DNA of 64,000 nucleotides from Deltaproteobacteria bacterium (GTDB lineage Bacteria; UBA10199; JACPAL01): NCBI GenBank assembly GCA_016180855.1, contig JACPAL010000005.1, positions 52,905 to 116,904 of the forward strand, read 5' to 3'. Shown piece by piece: positions 63,792 to 64,000 of this stretch (position 1 is its first letter; each line of letters starts with the position of its first letter). The notes under the pieces were generated by a model. It saw only the letters and a program-made list of their open reading frames with translations, ran no database searches and was not told where the DNA came from. The position numbers and the translations under genes were made by a program.

Positions 63792-64000
63792 ATGTTACAA
63801 AGGACCAACGAAGATCTCATTGAGAAGCGAAAAAAATATTTCGTTCCCACGGCCTACCTTTACTATCGGGAACCGATCCAGCTGGTTCGGGCCAAAGGGG
63901 TTCATGTTTGGGACGAGAAAGGAAGGGAGTATCTTGATGCAATCGGGGGAATTGTTTCGATCTCTGCCGGTCACAACCACCCACGGATCAATAAGGCACT
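63792..64000 (+). CDS. Class-III (omega) aminotransferase, 5' fragment (runs off the window); beta-alanine/GABA-type transaminase
   Basis: N-terminal class-III aminotransferase pattern ([45 protein letters not shown]). Confidence 0.65.
   Translation, partial: MLQRTNEDLIEKRKKYFVPTAYLYYREPIQLVRAKGVHVWDEKGREYLDAIGGIVSISAGHNHPRINKA

Noticed and set aside
1-64000. Search for tRNA, rRNA, tmRNA, RNase P or SRP RNA signatures and CRISPR arrays
   Set aside because: I saw no T-loop GTTCRANYC-type motifs with acceptor stems. I found no conserved rRNA or RNase P blocks and no arrays of three or more spaced repeats by eye. Without a covariance search I cannot fully exclude them.

Overview
This 64-kb window reads as a bacterial chromosomal segment of moderate to high GC. 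About 60 protein-coding genes are tightly packed on both strands, with many 1-4 bp overlaps. I found no rRNA or tRNA genes and no CRISPR array.

Recognisable housekeeping genes include anmK, rsmI, purU, rpsP-KH-trmD, ychF, apbC, xseA-xseB-ispA, tlyA, ispG, tldD, a five-gene Dpp/Opp-type ABC transporter and a reductive pyrimidine catabolism cluster. Interspersed accessory content points to a Myxococcota/Bdellovibrionota-like lineage: delta-60 repeat beta-propeller proteins carrying DUF11 (CARDB-like) surface-repeat domains and GCGC-type C-terminal sorting tails, a Myxococcus-type Cys-rich repeat protein, a TIGR02147-family protein, a Ser/Thr kinase fused to an AAA domain and TPR repeats, and a sensor-less sigma-54 activator.

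The signals most worth follow-up are listed here.
- Four sigma-54 (-24/-12) promoter matches sit directly upstream of secreted or surface proteins, beside a sensor-less enhancer-binding protein and a large Ser/Thr kinase. This could be a small sigma-54 secretome module.
- A 98-bp element occurs in two inverted copies 16 kb apart that differ at a single base.
- A probable small insertion lies between anmK and rsmI. It carries a DUF4143 AAA ATPase flanked by 19-bp direct repeats and a HepT/MntA toxin-antitoxin pair, followed by a 25-bp duplicated fragment of the rsmI 5' end.
- The rsmI leader holds two tandem hairpins with compensatory stem changes.
- An orphan lysine 5,6-aminomutase alpha-like TIM-barrel protein with an Arg/Gly-rich tail is coupled to a DAGK-family kinase, a TSP3 calcium-binding lipoprotein and a signal-peptide precursor ending in a 9-Cys tail.
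- Five consecutive lipoprotein genes form an envelope cluster (LPP20-like twice, LpoB-like, and a large lipoprotein).
- The second delta-60 gene has lost its C-terminal sorting tail to a frameshift.

Coordinates I derived by hand may be off by 1-2 bp.
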